Source: an uncultured Gammaproteobacteria bacterium (GTDB lineage Bacteria > Patescibacteriota > Microgenomatia > CAYXHB01 > CAZYTL01). From it: a DNA stretch of 64,000 nucleotides. The number at the start of each line of letters is the position of its first letter. The stretch's first letter is position 1. The position numbers and the translations under genes are program-made. The notes beneath the pieces were generated by a model. The model was not told where the DNA came from. It did no database searches and saw nothing but the letters and a program-made list of their open reading frames with translations. Below, piece after piece: positions 9,495 through 18,685 of the stretch. The stretch is taken from contig CAZYTL010000009.1 in the NCBI GenBank assembly GCA_964650355.1, positions 413 through 64,412 of the forward strand, read 5' to 3'.

Positions 9495-10049
9495 TTACAG
9501 TCCCAATTTTTTGGCGTGTTTCTGCATGGCCTGCAATACGATTTGAACGTGCTCTTCCAAAGGTACGTTGATCTCCGCCGCACCTTGTTCGATATCACGC
9601 CGATCGACCCCGGCGGCAAAATCTTTTTTCTTCCACTTTTTCAACACTGAATTAACAGTAACCTTGGAGAGTTTTTTGCCTTTGACTAAAGCCACGGCTA
9701 CGATCAGTCCGGTGAGTTCGTCAACTGCACGCAGGGTTTTGGCCATTAAGGTTTTAGCCGGGATGTTGAAGTTGAATCCGTGGGCCTGAACGGCATTAAC
9801 CAAATCTTCGTCAGCGTGCTGTTGCTTAAGCCAATCAACGATGACTTGGGGATGCTTTTCCGGATGCTTTTCCCAGTCAGCGTCGTGGATCAGGCCGGCC
9901 ACGATCCATTTTTGTTTGTCCTGCTCGGAAACGCCAAAATGATCTGCATAAGCTTCCATGGCCATTTCTACTGCCAGACAGTGTTTGACAAGATTGGGAT
10001 TCGTCATTAGTTGATTGATCTTTTCCCAGGCTTGTTGACGGGTGATCAT
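9495..10049 (-). CDS. HD-domain phosphohydrolase
   Basis: HCLAVE...GLIHDADWEKHPEKHP carries H...HD...D. Confidence 0.75.
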   Translation of the reverse strand: MITRQQAWEKINQLMTNPNLVKHCLAVEMAMEAYADHFGVSEQDKQKWIVAGLIHDADWEKHPEKHPQVIVDWLKQQHADEDLVNAVQAHGFNFNIPAKTLMAKTLRAVDELTGLIVAVALVKGKKLSKVTVNSVLKKWKKKDFAAGVDRRDIEQGAAEINVPLEEHVQIVLQAMQKHAKKLGL

Positions 10050-10092
10050 AATATTGATGATAACAGAAGATTTTTAATCTGAAAACTGTATA

Positions 10093-11109
10093 ATGAAATT
10101 AATTATGAAGAAGAGAATTTCAGGAAATTACTTGAGAGGATTGTTGTTTTTGGCAGCCAATTTGCTGGTGGTGTTTCTGTTGATTGTATTGGTAAACCCT
10201 TCCTATTTACCCCAACTGCCTTTCTTAAACCCTTCTGCGAATACCACGGTGACGCGCACGGAGGCCGTACAGGCGGAAAATCCCCAAGCAAATTTCTCTT
10301 TTCTGGTATTTGGTGACAGCGGCACCGGTAATGCTTTCCAACAAAAATTAGCCAAGGTGATGCTGAATTATCCATTTACATTCATACTCCACGTCGGAGA
10401 TTTGGCCTATCCTTCGAGCACCAACGACTTGCTAGAAAAAAATTTTTTCCAGATGTATAGCAGCCATTTGCAGAGAGCCAAGGTTTATCCGGCGCCGGGC
10501 AATCATGATTACCTGGCAGATGATCTCCAGCCTTATCTAGACAAGTTTAATTTACCAAAACAGGCCTTTAATGTCCGAGATCAGGAAAAGTATTACTCAT
10601 TTGATTTTGGCAAGGCTCACTTTGTGTCTTTGGATACGAATACCCCCTTGTTTCAGATTTCTGATGAACGCGCGGATGATATGGCTGATTGGCTAAATTA
10701 TGATTTGCGCAATTCCAGTGATCAGTTATGGAAGATTGTCTATTTTCACCATGCGCCTTATTCGTCCGGAACTGTGCATGGAGGTGACCAAAGGGTAAGA
10801 GATGTGTTAGTGCCGATTCTGCAAAAGTATCAGGTGGACCTGGTTTTTTCTGGACACGAACATAATTATGAACGCACGTGTGCAATGTTAGACGGAAAAT
10901 GCGGGACTGACGGGATTGTTTATGTGGTAACCGGTGGCGGTGGGGGAGATTTATATCAGTTTGGTCCGATTCAGCCGTTCAGTGAAGCGCGGGCAGTGCA
11001 GTATCATTTTGTGTATGTGTCGATCAATGACTGTCAATTAAAGGCCAATGCGATTGGGATAGACAACAGCCAATTGGATTCGTTTTTGCTGAATAAGTGC
11101 GGAAGGTGA
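10093..11109 (+). CDS. Calcineurin-like metallophosphoesterase (purple-acid-phosphatase type), membrane-anchored
   Basis: Ordered motifs GDSGTGN, GDLAY, GNHDY, YFHHAPYSSG, GHEHNYER; N-terminal TM helix. Confidence 0.8.
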   Translation: MKLIMKKRISGNYLRGLLFLAANLLVVFLLIVLVNPSYLPQLPFLNPSANTTVTRTEAVQAENPQANFSFLVFGDSGTGNAFQQKLAKVMLNYPFTFILHVGDLAYPSSTNDLLEKNFFQMYSSHLQRAKVYPAPGNHDYLADDLQPYLDKFNLPKQAFNVRDQEKYYSFDFGKAHFVSLDTNTPLFQISDERADDMADWLNYDLRNSSDQLWKIVYFHHAPYSSGTVHGGDQRVRDVLVPILQKYQVDLVFSGHEHNYERTCAMLDGKCGTDGIVYVVTGGGGGDLYQFGPIQPFSEARAVQYHFVYVSINDCQLKANAIGIDNSQLDSFLLNKCGR

Positions 11110-11213
11110 TAACTTATAAACTGGCATGTGGAAATGATGATAACGGAGAGTTGTTTTTCGACGGCTATCTAGTCCATACCTAACCGGATTGCGGGAGATG
11201 ATTAATTATCGGT

Positions 11214-11522
11214 TTAAGCGTTTTCCGAAATGTCCTTGACTTCTTTATCCAGCGGTCTTTTTTCATTCAGGCGGTATTTTTCCATGAAGGCTTTTTCCAG
11301 ATCGATGCCTTTTAATTCGCAGAAACGCAGAAGATTCCAAAAGACGTCCACTACTTCGTGACTTAAATCTTTAAAACTCTGCTGTTCACGAACCGCTTCA
11401 AAAACTTCCCCCATTTCTTCGCCCAGTCTTAAAAGGACCTCTTTTCCATCTTTGGGATAAAACCCTCGGCGTTTGAGCTGGTCTACCATGATGGCCTGTA
11501 GCTCTTTAATGGATTTAGGCAT
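11214..11522 (-). CDS. MazG-like nucleoside triphosphate pyrophosphohydrolase
   Basis: RLGEEMGEVFEAV (EExGExxEA) and all-alpha character typical of MazG/NTP-PPase. Confidence 0.7.
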   Translation of the reverse strand: MPKSIKELQAIMVDQLKRRGFYPKDGKEVLLRLGEEMGEVFEAVREQQSFKDLSHEVVDVFWNLLRFCELKGIDLEKAFMEKYRLNEKRPLDKEVKDISENA

Positions 11523-11527
11523 ATTAG

Positions 11528-12343
11528 TTAGTTAAAAGGAATTTCAATTGGTCCGCCGTTCATTCCGGTGTAATGGACTTTATTTCCTGCAAAATAGGCT
11601 GGGTCACCACCAATACCGGCCGGCCCGGCGTTTTTAGCCAGAACTCTGCAGGAGATGGTACAGTAGACAACAGAAAACATATTTGGGTTACCTAAAATAT
11701 CAGGAATGGCGGCTTCTCCGGCAGTAAATACGATTCCGTCACCCGCAGGTGACCAACTTTCATCAGTGTAATTGGGAAAATATATCTGTGAAAATAATTC
11801 TGTTACTTGTGAATTGTCAATATCCACGATTGATAGGGCATTTTCGTCCGGTGCCCCACCGGTCTTGGCATACTCGTCTGAGTATCTGACTATAAATAAC
11901 CAGGCTTTATTTGGGGACAAAGAATACCTAGAAACATGCTCCACTTTGACTGACGACGGGCCGATTATGTAATCGGAGAAAAGATGATTGGAATCTTTAC
12001 AAAATTGGTAGTCTATTAAACCATCTATGTCTTTACAACCAGGAAGAGCTGGTGAGGGTGTGAATTCCGGCATCATTGTAGGTGAAATATCGGAAGCGGA
12101 AGGCAGAGGAGTTGCTGTGGGCGAAGAAGGGTCAGTCCCTCCTGTATCAGTCATGGAAAATGAATTGGTTTTGTTACTCTGTTTCCCTAATACAAACCCG
12201 ACGGCTCCGGAAATAATGGCGGTAACCAATATTGAGATAAGTAAAGAGAGCAAGTTGTTTTTCTTTGGTTTCAATTCCGGCTGCGGGTAAGGAGTGGGGG
12301 TGCCCGGTTGACTGCTTTCGTCTTTATCCATACTGATAATCAT
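11528..12343 (-). CDS. Membrane-anchored protein with Pro/Thr/Ser-rich linker and extracytoplasmic domain, hypothetical
   Basis: TM LLSLLISILVTAIISGAVGFVLG followed by low-complexity TGGTDPSSPTATPLPSAS linker. Confidence 0.55.
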   Translation of the reverse strand: MIISMDKDESSQPGTPTPYPQPELKPKKNNLLSLLISILVTAIISGAVGFVLGKQSNKTNSFSMTDTGGTDPSSPTATPLPSASDISPTMMPEFTPSPALPGCKDIDGLIDYQFCKDSNHLFSDYIIGPSSVKVEHVSRYSLSPNKAWLFIVRYSDEYAKTGGAPDENALSIVDIDNSQVTELFSQIYFPNYTDESWSPAGDGIVFTAGEAAIPDILGNPNMFSVVYCTISCRVLAKNAGPAGIGGDPAYFAGNKVHYTGMNGGPIEIPFN

Positions 12344-12636
12344 CTTATTACGATACCAATAAAAGAATCAACCTCAAAAGCAGATGAGACTTCACTACCC
12401 GAATTATTTACGCTTTGTGCGAATAAACTTCAGACATTAATAGCTAAAGTCATCCTTTAAGTAACTATTTAAAAAGCAGTTTCTAAAACTAACATACTAT
12501 ATGCTATAAAAATTATGTCTTTTAAGTTCAAACCCTGAAACTATAATTAGCACAAGGCGTATTTATCTATGGCACAATTCTGTGACTTTCGGAGTTTGTT
12601 ATTTTCAAAATATTTTCAATTAATTCTTTATGTATG

Positions 12637-12708
12637 AGCGGGAGACGGGATTCGAACCCGCGACCTTCTCGTTGGCAACGAGACATTCTACCACTGAACT
12701 ACTCCCGC
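12637..12708 (-). tRNA. tRNA-Gly (anticodon GCC)
   Basis: Reverse complement gcgggagtagttcagtggtagaatgtctcgttGCCaacgagaaggtcgcgggttcgaatcccgtctcccgc + discriminator U. Confidence 0.85.
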
Positions 12709-12965
12709 AGAAATTTGATCTCTTGATCTTTAATTATTAGCTCTATTATCTGCCTTGATTTTTTACTTTTCAATTTATATTCCGCTTGTCTGGCTTGTTT
12801 TAAAGTTTCGAACTTCTGAACAAACACCATTCGCCAAGGACCTCGTCCTTTAGTCGCTTTGCATAAATCCTGATTATGTTCTATGAGTCTCTTTTTATAA
12901 TCAGGTGTGCTCCCTATATAAAATTGTCTATTTTTAGTGCTTTGTACTATGTAAAGAAAACCCAT
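12699..12965 (-). CDS. GIY-YIG nuclease domain protein (UPF0213/YhbQ-like, ~88 aa)
   Basis: MGFLYIVQSTKNRQFYIGSTPDYKKRLIEHNQ...GRGPWRMVFVQKFETLKQARQAEYKLK matches GIY-x10-YIG plus Arg, Glu and Asn-helix positions. The ORF-track start at 12992 lies inside the tRNA-like fragment, so the start is more likely the second Met at 12965, which has GGAGAGG 11 nt upstream. Confidence 0.75.
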   Translation of the reverse strand: MGFLYIVQSTKNRQFYIGSTPDYKKRLIEHNQDLCKATKGRGPWRMVFVQKFETLKQARQAEYKLKSKKSRQIIELIIKDQEIKFLRE

Positions 12966-12968
12966 ATT

Positions 12969-13022
12969 ACCCGCGACCTCTCCGATGGCCATCGGAGCAT
13001 TCTACCACTGAACTACTCCCGC
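12969..13022 (-). pseudogene. 5' partial copy (positions 1-54) of tRNA-Gly with the anticodon arm replaced by a perfect palindrome
   Basis: gcgggagtagttcagtggtagaatg-CTCCGATGGCCATCGGAG-aggtcgcggg is identical to the intact tRNA-Gly except the anticodon arm; T-arm and acceptor 3' half are absent (replaced by taatatgggtttt). Confidence 0.6.
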
Positions 13023-13157
13023 GAATTTAGCTTTTTGCTGTTGGCTATTTGCTATTTGCTAATAGTTTTGTAAATTTTAATATTAAGAGTCTGGTTTCGG
13101 TTTGCTAACTTTTAATTTGACGAGGTCTATTTTACCAAATAAGTGCTAGTTCGTTAA

Positions 13158-14828
13158 CTAGTGACAATATTGGCTGGCAAAGTTGATATCCAGGCATCTT
13201 TGTTGGGGATCGGTACGGTAGCCACGGAAGATGATTTGGTTTAGGGGATCACGGATTTCAAGTACCTGAGTGAAGGAATATTCCTGAGCTTGATCGGGAG
13301 AGATAGCGAGTTCATCTCCGACAAGGATTTGTTGAAAGTACGGATCCTGCTCCCAGGTGATGGACCGGGTTTCTATGTTGGCGAATTGGCGCTCGGGAGT
13401 GAATTTAATTTGGTGGTAATAATCAGCGCTGATTTGGGGATCACTTGATTGCTGTAGTTGTTCGGGAGGAACTTGAAGGAAAAAGGCCAGCTCGATATAA
13501 GCAGGTTTAGTGCGGGCCTGGTCGATTAAGAAATGTTCTTGGGAATGGGTTTTGATAAATCCGGCTAATTGAGAAAATCCGTAGCCCCAGACACGGGCGC
13601 GTTCTCCGGGAAGGAGGATAAAATAGGATCGCCAGAGGAGCACCAGAGAATTAAGCAACAACAAAACAAATAAGCTGGAATATAAAATGGGTTTTAATTT
13701 GGCCGTTATATTATCAATTCCTATGCTGATGATGACCATTAAAGGTAGTAGTAAGGGTAAAGCTCTTTGAGTGGAAAAAGGGTCATTGGTCAAAGCAGCA
13801 GGTAAAGGTGTTAATAAGGTAAGTATTAGAAGATATTTGATTGATGGGTTTTTTCTGTTTTTGACTAGCAGATAAAGGCCAATCAGATAGGGAATCAGCA
13901 TCCAGGGATAAAAGACAGACAGATCAGGCAGAGAGCGCTGAGGATCAGGATCGGGGAGAAAGAAGAGGGAGCGAGGAGAAAAATAGGTTAAGTATTGGGC
14001 CAGGAACTTACGGGCTAAGGCCAGCGTCCAGGCAATCGGGTAGGGTAGCCAGGAAAAGTATTGGATTGCCTGATCTTGAATTCCCTGAGAAAAGAACAGC
14101 GCCTGTTTCTGCCACATGGCCGGAGTGAAGAGAATGGTAAGATGAGGGATTTGGATCAGGCCGGCAAATAACAGTCCTATTAAAGTAAACTTACGTGATT
14201 TAACGGGCCAGAATTTGCGGCTAAAGAAAATCAATAGACAGAGGATAAAAATCGGAACTAAATATCTTTCGGTATGGGCCCCATAAGTGGACAGAGAGAG
14301 CACTGCTAAACCGGGAACTAGGAATTTGGGTCTATCCAGGGCTTTCCAGCAGAAATATGCTCCCAGGGTAAAGAGACAAAACCCTAAATATATCTCGTAT
14401 CCTGCCCTGGCATAGAGCAGATGCCATGGAGAGATGGTCAACAAGAGGGCCACTAAATAGGGTGTGAATTTCGAACGAATAATTTTCGAACTTTTTAATA
14501 AATTAAATAAGATATAGACAACTAGAACTCCGGAGAGAGCGGAAATAAACCGAGTGGAAAAAATATTTAATCCATGGATAGCAATTACTGAAACGGTTAA
14601 GTAGGTATAGAGCGGTGGCGAATAAGTGCCGAAGAAACGAAAGAGAATGGGAAAAGATTTTCCATATTCATCTTTTCCGGTGGTTAAGACGGAATAGGCA
14701 TTATAACTTGATAAGGCTTCGTCAACGTAAAGACCGCTGGGGATCTGATCAAGACGGTAAAAGTTGAGAAAAAAAGCCACACATAGAATTAATAATAAAA
14801 ACAGAAGGGGAAGAGGATTGAATTTCAT
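13158..14828 (-). CDS. Polytopic membrane glycosyltransferase, GT39/GT83 (PMT/ArnT-like) family
   Basis: About 12 TM segments; N-terminal loop YVDEALSSYNAY has the DE motif typical of the PMT_2 family. Confidence 0.6.
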   Translation of the reverse strand: MKFNPLPLLFLLLILCVAFFLNFYRLDQIPSGLYVDEALSSYNAYSVLTTGKDEYGKSFPILFRFFGTYSPPLYTYLTVSVIAIHGLNIFSTRFISALSGVLVVYILFNLLKSSKIIRSKFTPYLVALLLTISPWHLLYARAGYEIYLGFCLFTLGAYFCWKALDRPKFLVPGLAVLSLSTYGAHTERYLVPIFILCLLIFFSRKFWPVKSRKFTLIGLLFAGLIQIPHLTILFTPAMWQKQALFFSQGIQDQAIQYFSWLPYPIAWTLALARKFLAQYLTYFSPRSLFFLPDPDPQRSLPDLSVFYPWMLIPYLIGLYLLVKNRKNPSIKYLLILTLLTPLPAALTNDPFSTQRALPLLLPLMVIISIGIDNITAKLKPILYSSLFVLLLLNSLVLLWRSYFILLPGERARVWGYGFSQLAGFIKTHSQEHFLIDQARTKPAYIELAFFLQVPPEQLQQSSDPQISADYYHQIKFTPERQFANIETRSITWEQDPYFQQILVGDELAISPDQAQEYSFTQVLEIRDPLNQIIFRGYRTDPQQRCLDINFASQYCH

Positions 14829-15523
14829 AGAGGAAAAATTTCCTGACTGGCGATTTGTTTAACAAATAGAGATATTCCAAGGACAGTAGTCACGCCAATA
14901 AAAGGAAATAAGCTGAACGGACCAAGTTGGTTGTGATGTCCGATGAGGGTCAGCAACGTAATCGGGATAATCGCACTGAAAAAAATCAAACTACGCTTGG
15001 TTGGGGATTTAATTAACTGGTATAAGCCAATTAAGAAAAACGGCAATAGGATAAAAGAGAATTTTTCAATGATAGGAATACCAATAACTTCTCGAGGATG
15101 ACTGGCAAAGAAGTAAAAGTTGAGATCAAGAGTTTGGGAAAAGTTGACTTGGAGATTGCTGATGGCGATACTTTCTTTTCTCAGCTCAAAAATATTGGCT
15201 AAGGGAAGATTTATTTGTTTGTTTAAAATATTAAAGAGGATTTTGGGATAAAGATTGAGTCTTTGTTGATGGAGAATTTGCTGACTAGTATCTAAGGTTA
15301 GGAGATTGATTTTTTCGCTAGTTTGCCATTGGAAGAAGACCAGAAAAGCAAAAATTATAGCGAATAACAGACTGGATCTTTTAACTGTTTGAAGGCTCGA
15401 AAGTAGTAATAAAACAGTGGCTAAAATAGTGGTCAATGCCAGCCAGGAGTTCACTGAAAAAATGTTGCTTAACCAGATATTAGTGGCCAATACCAGCCCC
15501 AGAATAATGATTTCAAGCCACAT
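14825..15523 (-). CDS. Polytopic membrane protein, hypothetical (translationally coupled to the GT39-like gene)
   Basis: Hydrophobic 232-aa ORF; its stop overlaps the downstream start (ATGA at 14825-14828). Confidence 0.5.
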   Translation of the reverse strand: MWLEIIILGLVLATNIWLSNIFSVNSWLALTTILATVLLLLSSLQTVKRSSLLFAIIFAFLVFFQWQTSEKINLLTLDTSQQILHQQRLNLYPKILFNILNKQINLPLANIFELRKESIAISNLQVNFSQTLDLNFYFFASHPREVIGIPIIEKFSFILLPFFLIGLYQLIKSPTKRSLIFFSAIIPITLLTLIGHHNQLGPFSLFPFIGVTTVLGISLFVKQIASQEIFPL

Positions 15524-15568
15524 TAACGCCAGTATAGCACTATTTTCGTTCTCAGAAGCCGGTTGAGT

Positions 15569-16567
15569 TTAATATCCGGCGAGCAGGATGACGAGTTGGT
15601 TATTTCCTGCAATGCAGGTCCACTTAAATTCCTGATTGTTTAGTAAAGAGAGGCTTTCGTCATTAGATAACCAATAGTTAAGGACTTGATCCAAGCTTGG
15701 CTTGTTAACGGCGCTGGTCATTTTAATGAATTGAAAGTTGTGCATGGCGGCTTGGTTAACCTGCATATACTGATCAAAGGCGTCTTTAGGTTCAGTGTTA
15801 TTTTTCATTATTACGTTGAAAATGTTAGCCAATGCCGTACAAAGATCAGGGTGGCTTTGCAAAGGGGGGATGTTTTGTTTCTCACGATAATCGTTTACGG
15901 CTCCAAGAATTTGGTTGGCTGAATAAGTTGTATTACTTCGGGAAAGAACAGACCCCTGATCAAGAGAGGGAAAAACGCCGTTGACAGCCCATTCCGGATG
16001 GGTGTGAATATTCGGAAGAGACGTTTGAGGATCATATGACAGTTTAGCCGTGCCTTTGTCTTGGTCTTCTTGGGTAAGGGCGGCCATAAACACCCGCAAA
16101 TATTTTAGTTGATAGTGAGAATCAGTCTGCGCATAAGGACTGATTTCGATCAGGTAGTCTCCCGGACCGGCTAAGTGGTCGTAGACCTGTCCGTTTAATT
16201 GCCATTCCGGGCTCCACACACCAGGTTTGTTCTCATTTCGGACCCGGACATAACCATTGATTAAGTAGTCTTCCAAATTAGTGATCATTACCTTAATGGG
16301 ATGATTGGGATAGACTTCATACTCATTTAGATCGATTGTGTATCCTGAATTTGCTTGAGGGGTAGGTTGAGGTTGATTGAAGGTAGTGACTATTGTTGGG
16401 GTGGGAGTCGGTAGATTGGTTGCTTGGTGAAGAAATGCCAGAGGAAGATTATGGGTGAAGAACAACGTAAGAATGCCTGTTGTCACGAACAGAAGGGCAA
16501 GCGCGAGCACCAGCCGCTTAATTTTAAGGCGATTAGTCGTTTCCATAAAATCCCTTATCTTGGTCAA
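15569..16567 (-). CDS. Membrane-anchored extracytoplasmic protein, possible C-terminal CAP/SCP-like domain
   Basis: N-terminal TM and PTPTPT linker; C-terminal ILGAVNDYREKQNIPPLQSHPDLCTALA resembles bacterial CAP (YkwD-like) domains. Confidence 0.45.
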   Translation of the reverse strand: MTKIRDFMETTNRLKIKRLVLALALLFVTTGILTLFFTHNLPLAFLHQATNLPTPTPTIVTTFNQPQPTPQANSGYTIDLNEYEVYPNHPIKVMITNLEDYLINGYVRVRNENKPGVWSPEWQLNGQVYDHLAGPGDYLIEISPYAQTDSHYQLKYLRVFMAALTQEDQDKGTAKLSYDPQTSLPNIHTHPEWAVNGVFPSLDQGSVLSRSNTTYSANQILGAVNDYREKQNIPPLQSHPDLCTALANIFNVIMKNNTEPKDAFDQYMQVNQAAMHNFQFIKMTSAVNKPSLDQVLNYWLSNDESLSLLNNQEFKWTCIAGNNQLVILLAGY

Positions 16568-16714
16568 ATTATACTATGCAGTGAGATTAATTCCATTAAT
16601 AGAGATACGGGCGTTTGAAGTAGAACCTTGGATTTACAAGCAAGAGATCGGACATTACTGATTGTTGACTAAAAATAGTTTACTAGTTAAATTGTAAATG
16701 TACTAAACCTTTTT

Positions 16715-17149
16715 ATGGTAAAAAATGAACTTATAGAGCAGCTGTTTAACACTTTAGTCCAGTTGAGAAAATTAGTCGCTCAACAAGTGCAGGAATCTTA
16801 TGAAGAGAAATCCTCTACATTGTTGCAGTTCTCTGCTTTGATTTTTTTAATAGAACAACCCAAGGCCACGGTGAGCGAGTTGGCCTCTTTTTTAAGGTTG
16901 TCAAAATCATCCGCTACCCAACTGGTAGAGCGGTTAGTAAAATTAAAACAGGTAGCCAGAGTACCCGACGAAGATGACCGGCGGGTAGTTAGATTACAAA
17001 TTACTCAACAAGGTAAAGCAGATCTGGCTTTGCTTAAAGAAAAAATGACCGACAAAATGACTAAATTTCTATCTAAAGTTCCTGAAAAAGATCTTAAAGA
17101 ATTAGTACGGATCCATACTGACTTAATTGAGGGCTTGAAACAAGGATAA
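16715..17149 (+). CDS. MarR-family transcriptional regulator
   Basis: wHTH ATVSELASFLRLSKSSATQLVERLVKLKQVAR...DRRVVRLQITQQG. Confidence 0.75.
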   Translation: MVKNELIEQLFNTLVQLRKLVAQQVQESYEEKSSTLLQFSALIFLIEQPKATVSELASFLRLSKSSATQLVERLVKLKQVARVPDEDDRRVVRLQITQQGKADLALLKEKMTDKMTKFLSKVPEKDLKELVRIHTDLIEGLKQG

Positions 17150-17154
17150 AGTTT

Positions 17155-17529
17155 ATGACATTCATCTTAATATTTGTAAGTTTAATATTCGTCTACTCTG
17201 TTCCGGTACTGGCCGCCGAATCAGGATTGTCCGTGCCCACATCTGCAGTAAGTGCTTTCTCGATCACCAGCGTTGGTGAATTTATCGGGGCAACTTTGTC
17301 TTTGGTTTACTTGGTAGCAGGAGTCGGGTTTGCCTTGTTTTTTCTCTATTCCGGAATCAGTATGGCTACCAGCGGGGGCGATAAGGGAAAATACCAGTCG
17401 GCTGCCGGCCACATGACTGCCGCATTTGTTGGATTAGGCATAATTGCTGTGGCTTGGGCGATTACTTTGTTAGCCCAAACATTTTTCGGAATCAATATTA
17501 CCAGTATTTCTTTGCCTAGGCCCTACTAA
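17155..17529 (+). CDS. T4SS-pilin-like (TrbC/VirB2-like) small membrane protein of the kind common in CPR genomes
   Basis: Signal peptide, then two hydrophobic helices separated by a short polar loop (LVYLVAGVGFALFFLYSGISMATSGGDKGKYQSAAGHMTAAFVGLGIIAVAWAITLL); same layout as the C-termini of ORFs 59254 and 60215. Confidence 0.55.
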   Translation: MTFILIFVSLIFVYSVPVLAAESGLSVPTSAVSAFSITSVGEFIGATLSLVYLVAGVGFALFFLYSGISMATSGGDKGKYQSAAGHMTAAFVGLGIIAVAWAITLLAQTFFGINITSISLPRPY

Positions 17530-17628
17530 AGTGGCCACAAAGTTTACACTTCGTAAGTAAACTGAGGGAATTGATCTTCCGGTCACCTGACCATCGTAAA
17601 TCAATCGGTTAATGATTATAATGGATTC

Positions 17629-18051
17629 ATGAATTGGTATGGTTATGCTTTACTGTCAGCTTTGTTTGCCGCCTTTACTGCCATTTTGGCCAAAGTAGGG
17701 GTAACCGGGGTGAATTCGAATTTGGCTACTGCGATCCGCACGGTGGTGATTTTGTTATTTGCCTGGGGGATTGTATTTTATCAAGGCACGGCCAAGCAGA
17801 TTTCATCCATCTCGAACTTTTCTCTTCTCTTTTTGATTCTTTCAGGAGTAGCAACCGGACTGTCGTGGTTGTTTTACTTCCGAGCTTTGCAGTTGGGCAA
17901 TGCTTCACAGGTGGTGCCGATTGACAAGTTAAGTCTGGTGATTGCCATCCTGCTGGCCGTGGTGGTTTTAAGAGAGAAGTTGACGCTGACATTAATGATC
18001 GGAGCCTTGCTAATGAGCGTGGGAGCAGTAGTCATCGGATTAAACAACTAG
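17629..18051 (+). CDS. EamA-like (DMT superfamily) small transporter, 4 TM
   Basis: 140 aa with four hydrophobic helices, similar to single EamA-domain proteins. Confidence 0.65.
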   Translation: MNWYGYALLSALFAAFTAILAKVGVTGVNSNLATAIRTVVILLFAWGIVFYQGTAKQISSISNFSLLFLILSGVATGLSWLFYFRALQLGNASQVVPIDKLSLVIAILLAVVVLREKLTLTLMIGALLMSVGAVVIGLNN

Positions 18052-18062
18052 GTAGAGAAGCT

Positions 18063-18260
18063 TCAGAAGCTATACAACCCTGACATGGCGTTCATAAATA
18101 GAGGCACCACGAAAATGGAAGCGATTAAAGGCAGGAGTAGAAATATCAGAGTCACGATTAAGGTCCACTTAAAATACTTGCGGGTCTTTTCCGCCGAACT
18201 ATAGGTAGCGTTGATTTTTTGTTCTATTTGATCCAGTCTTTGGCTCAGTTGCGGGTCCAT
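18063..18260 (-). CDS. Small membrane protein (65 aa), hypothetical
   Basis: Single C-terminal TM WTLIVTLIFLLLPLIASIFVVPLF. Confidence 0.35.
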   Translation of the reverse strand: MDPQLSQRLDQIEQKINATYSSAEKTRKYFKWTLIVTLIFLLLPLIASIFVVPLFMNAMSGLYSF

Positions 18261-18352
18261 CTGGTAAATTTCTTCATTTAATAAATTAAGTATTACACGT
18301 CAATGATCGTTTGTAAACGAACCAGCGATTTACGATAGTCACCCATAGGCGG

Positions 18353-18685
18353 TTACTTTTTTAAGCGAGCAGCGTAGTTATAAGGATAAAAATATTGTTG
18401 CCATTGTTCATCGGTCGATTGGTAGTGGTTATCTCCGGAAAAATAATCTACAAGCACTTCTCTGATTCTGCAAGGCTCTGACAGACGATGGCGATTCTTA
18501 GGATCCGCTAAGGTCAAATCCAACAACTCTAAGGCTCTGTAAAAGGCTTGTTGAGAGTATTTATAGTTACCCTTGTTTTTCCATTTAATACTCCGATCTA
18601 TTTCCATACCGATATTCGCCAGTTGCTCTACCAGAGATAACTCCTTCCACTTGCCCGCGGCCAGATCCCGATGTTGATAATTCAT
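18353..18685 (-). CDS. Hypothetical protein (110 aa), downstream gene of an overlapping pair
   Basis: ORF start overlaps the stop of the upstream 123-aa gene (ATGA, 18682-18685). Confidence 0.5.
   Translation of the reverse strand: MNYQHRDLAAGKWKELSLVEQLANIGMEIDRSIKWKNKGNYKYSQQAFYRALELLDLTLADPKNRHRLSEPCRIREVLVDYFSGDNHYQSTDEQWQQYFYPYNYAARLKK

Noticed and set aside
12637-13022. Possibility that the tRNA-Gly is interrupted by a group I intron encoding a GIY-YIG homing endonuclease
   Set aside because: The tRNA-Gly at 12637-12708 is complete and contiguous, with acceptor, D, anticodon and T arms all present. The upstream element is an additional 5' partial copy rather than the other exon half, and no group I intron P-elements were recognised.
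12876-13073. 65-aa + strand ORF antisense to the GIY-YIG gene and tRNA fragment
   Set aside because: It overlaps a motif-supported minus-strand gene and the pseudo-tRNA. Its translation is low-complexity (FIIRCAPYIKLSIF…).
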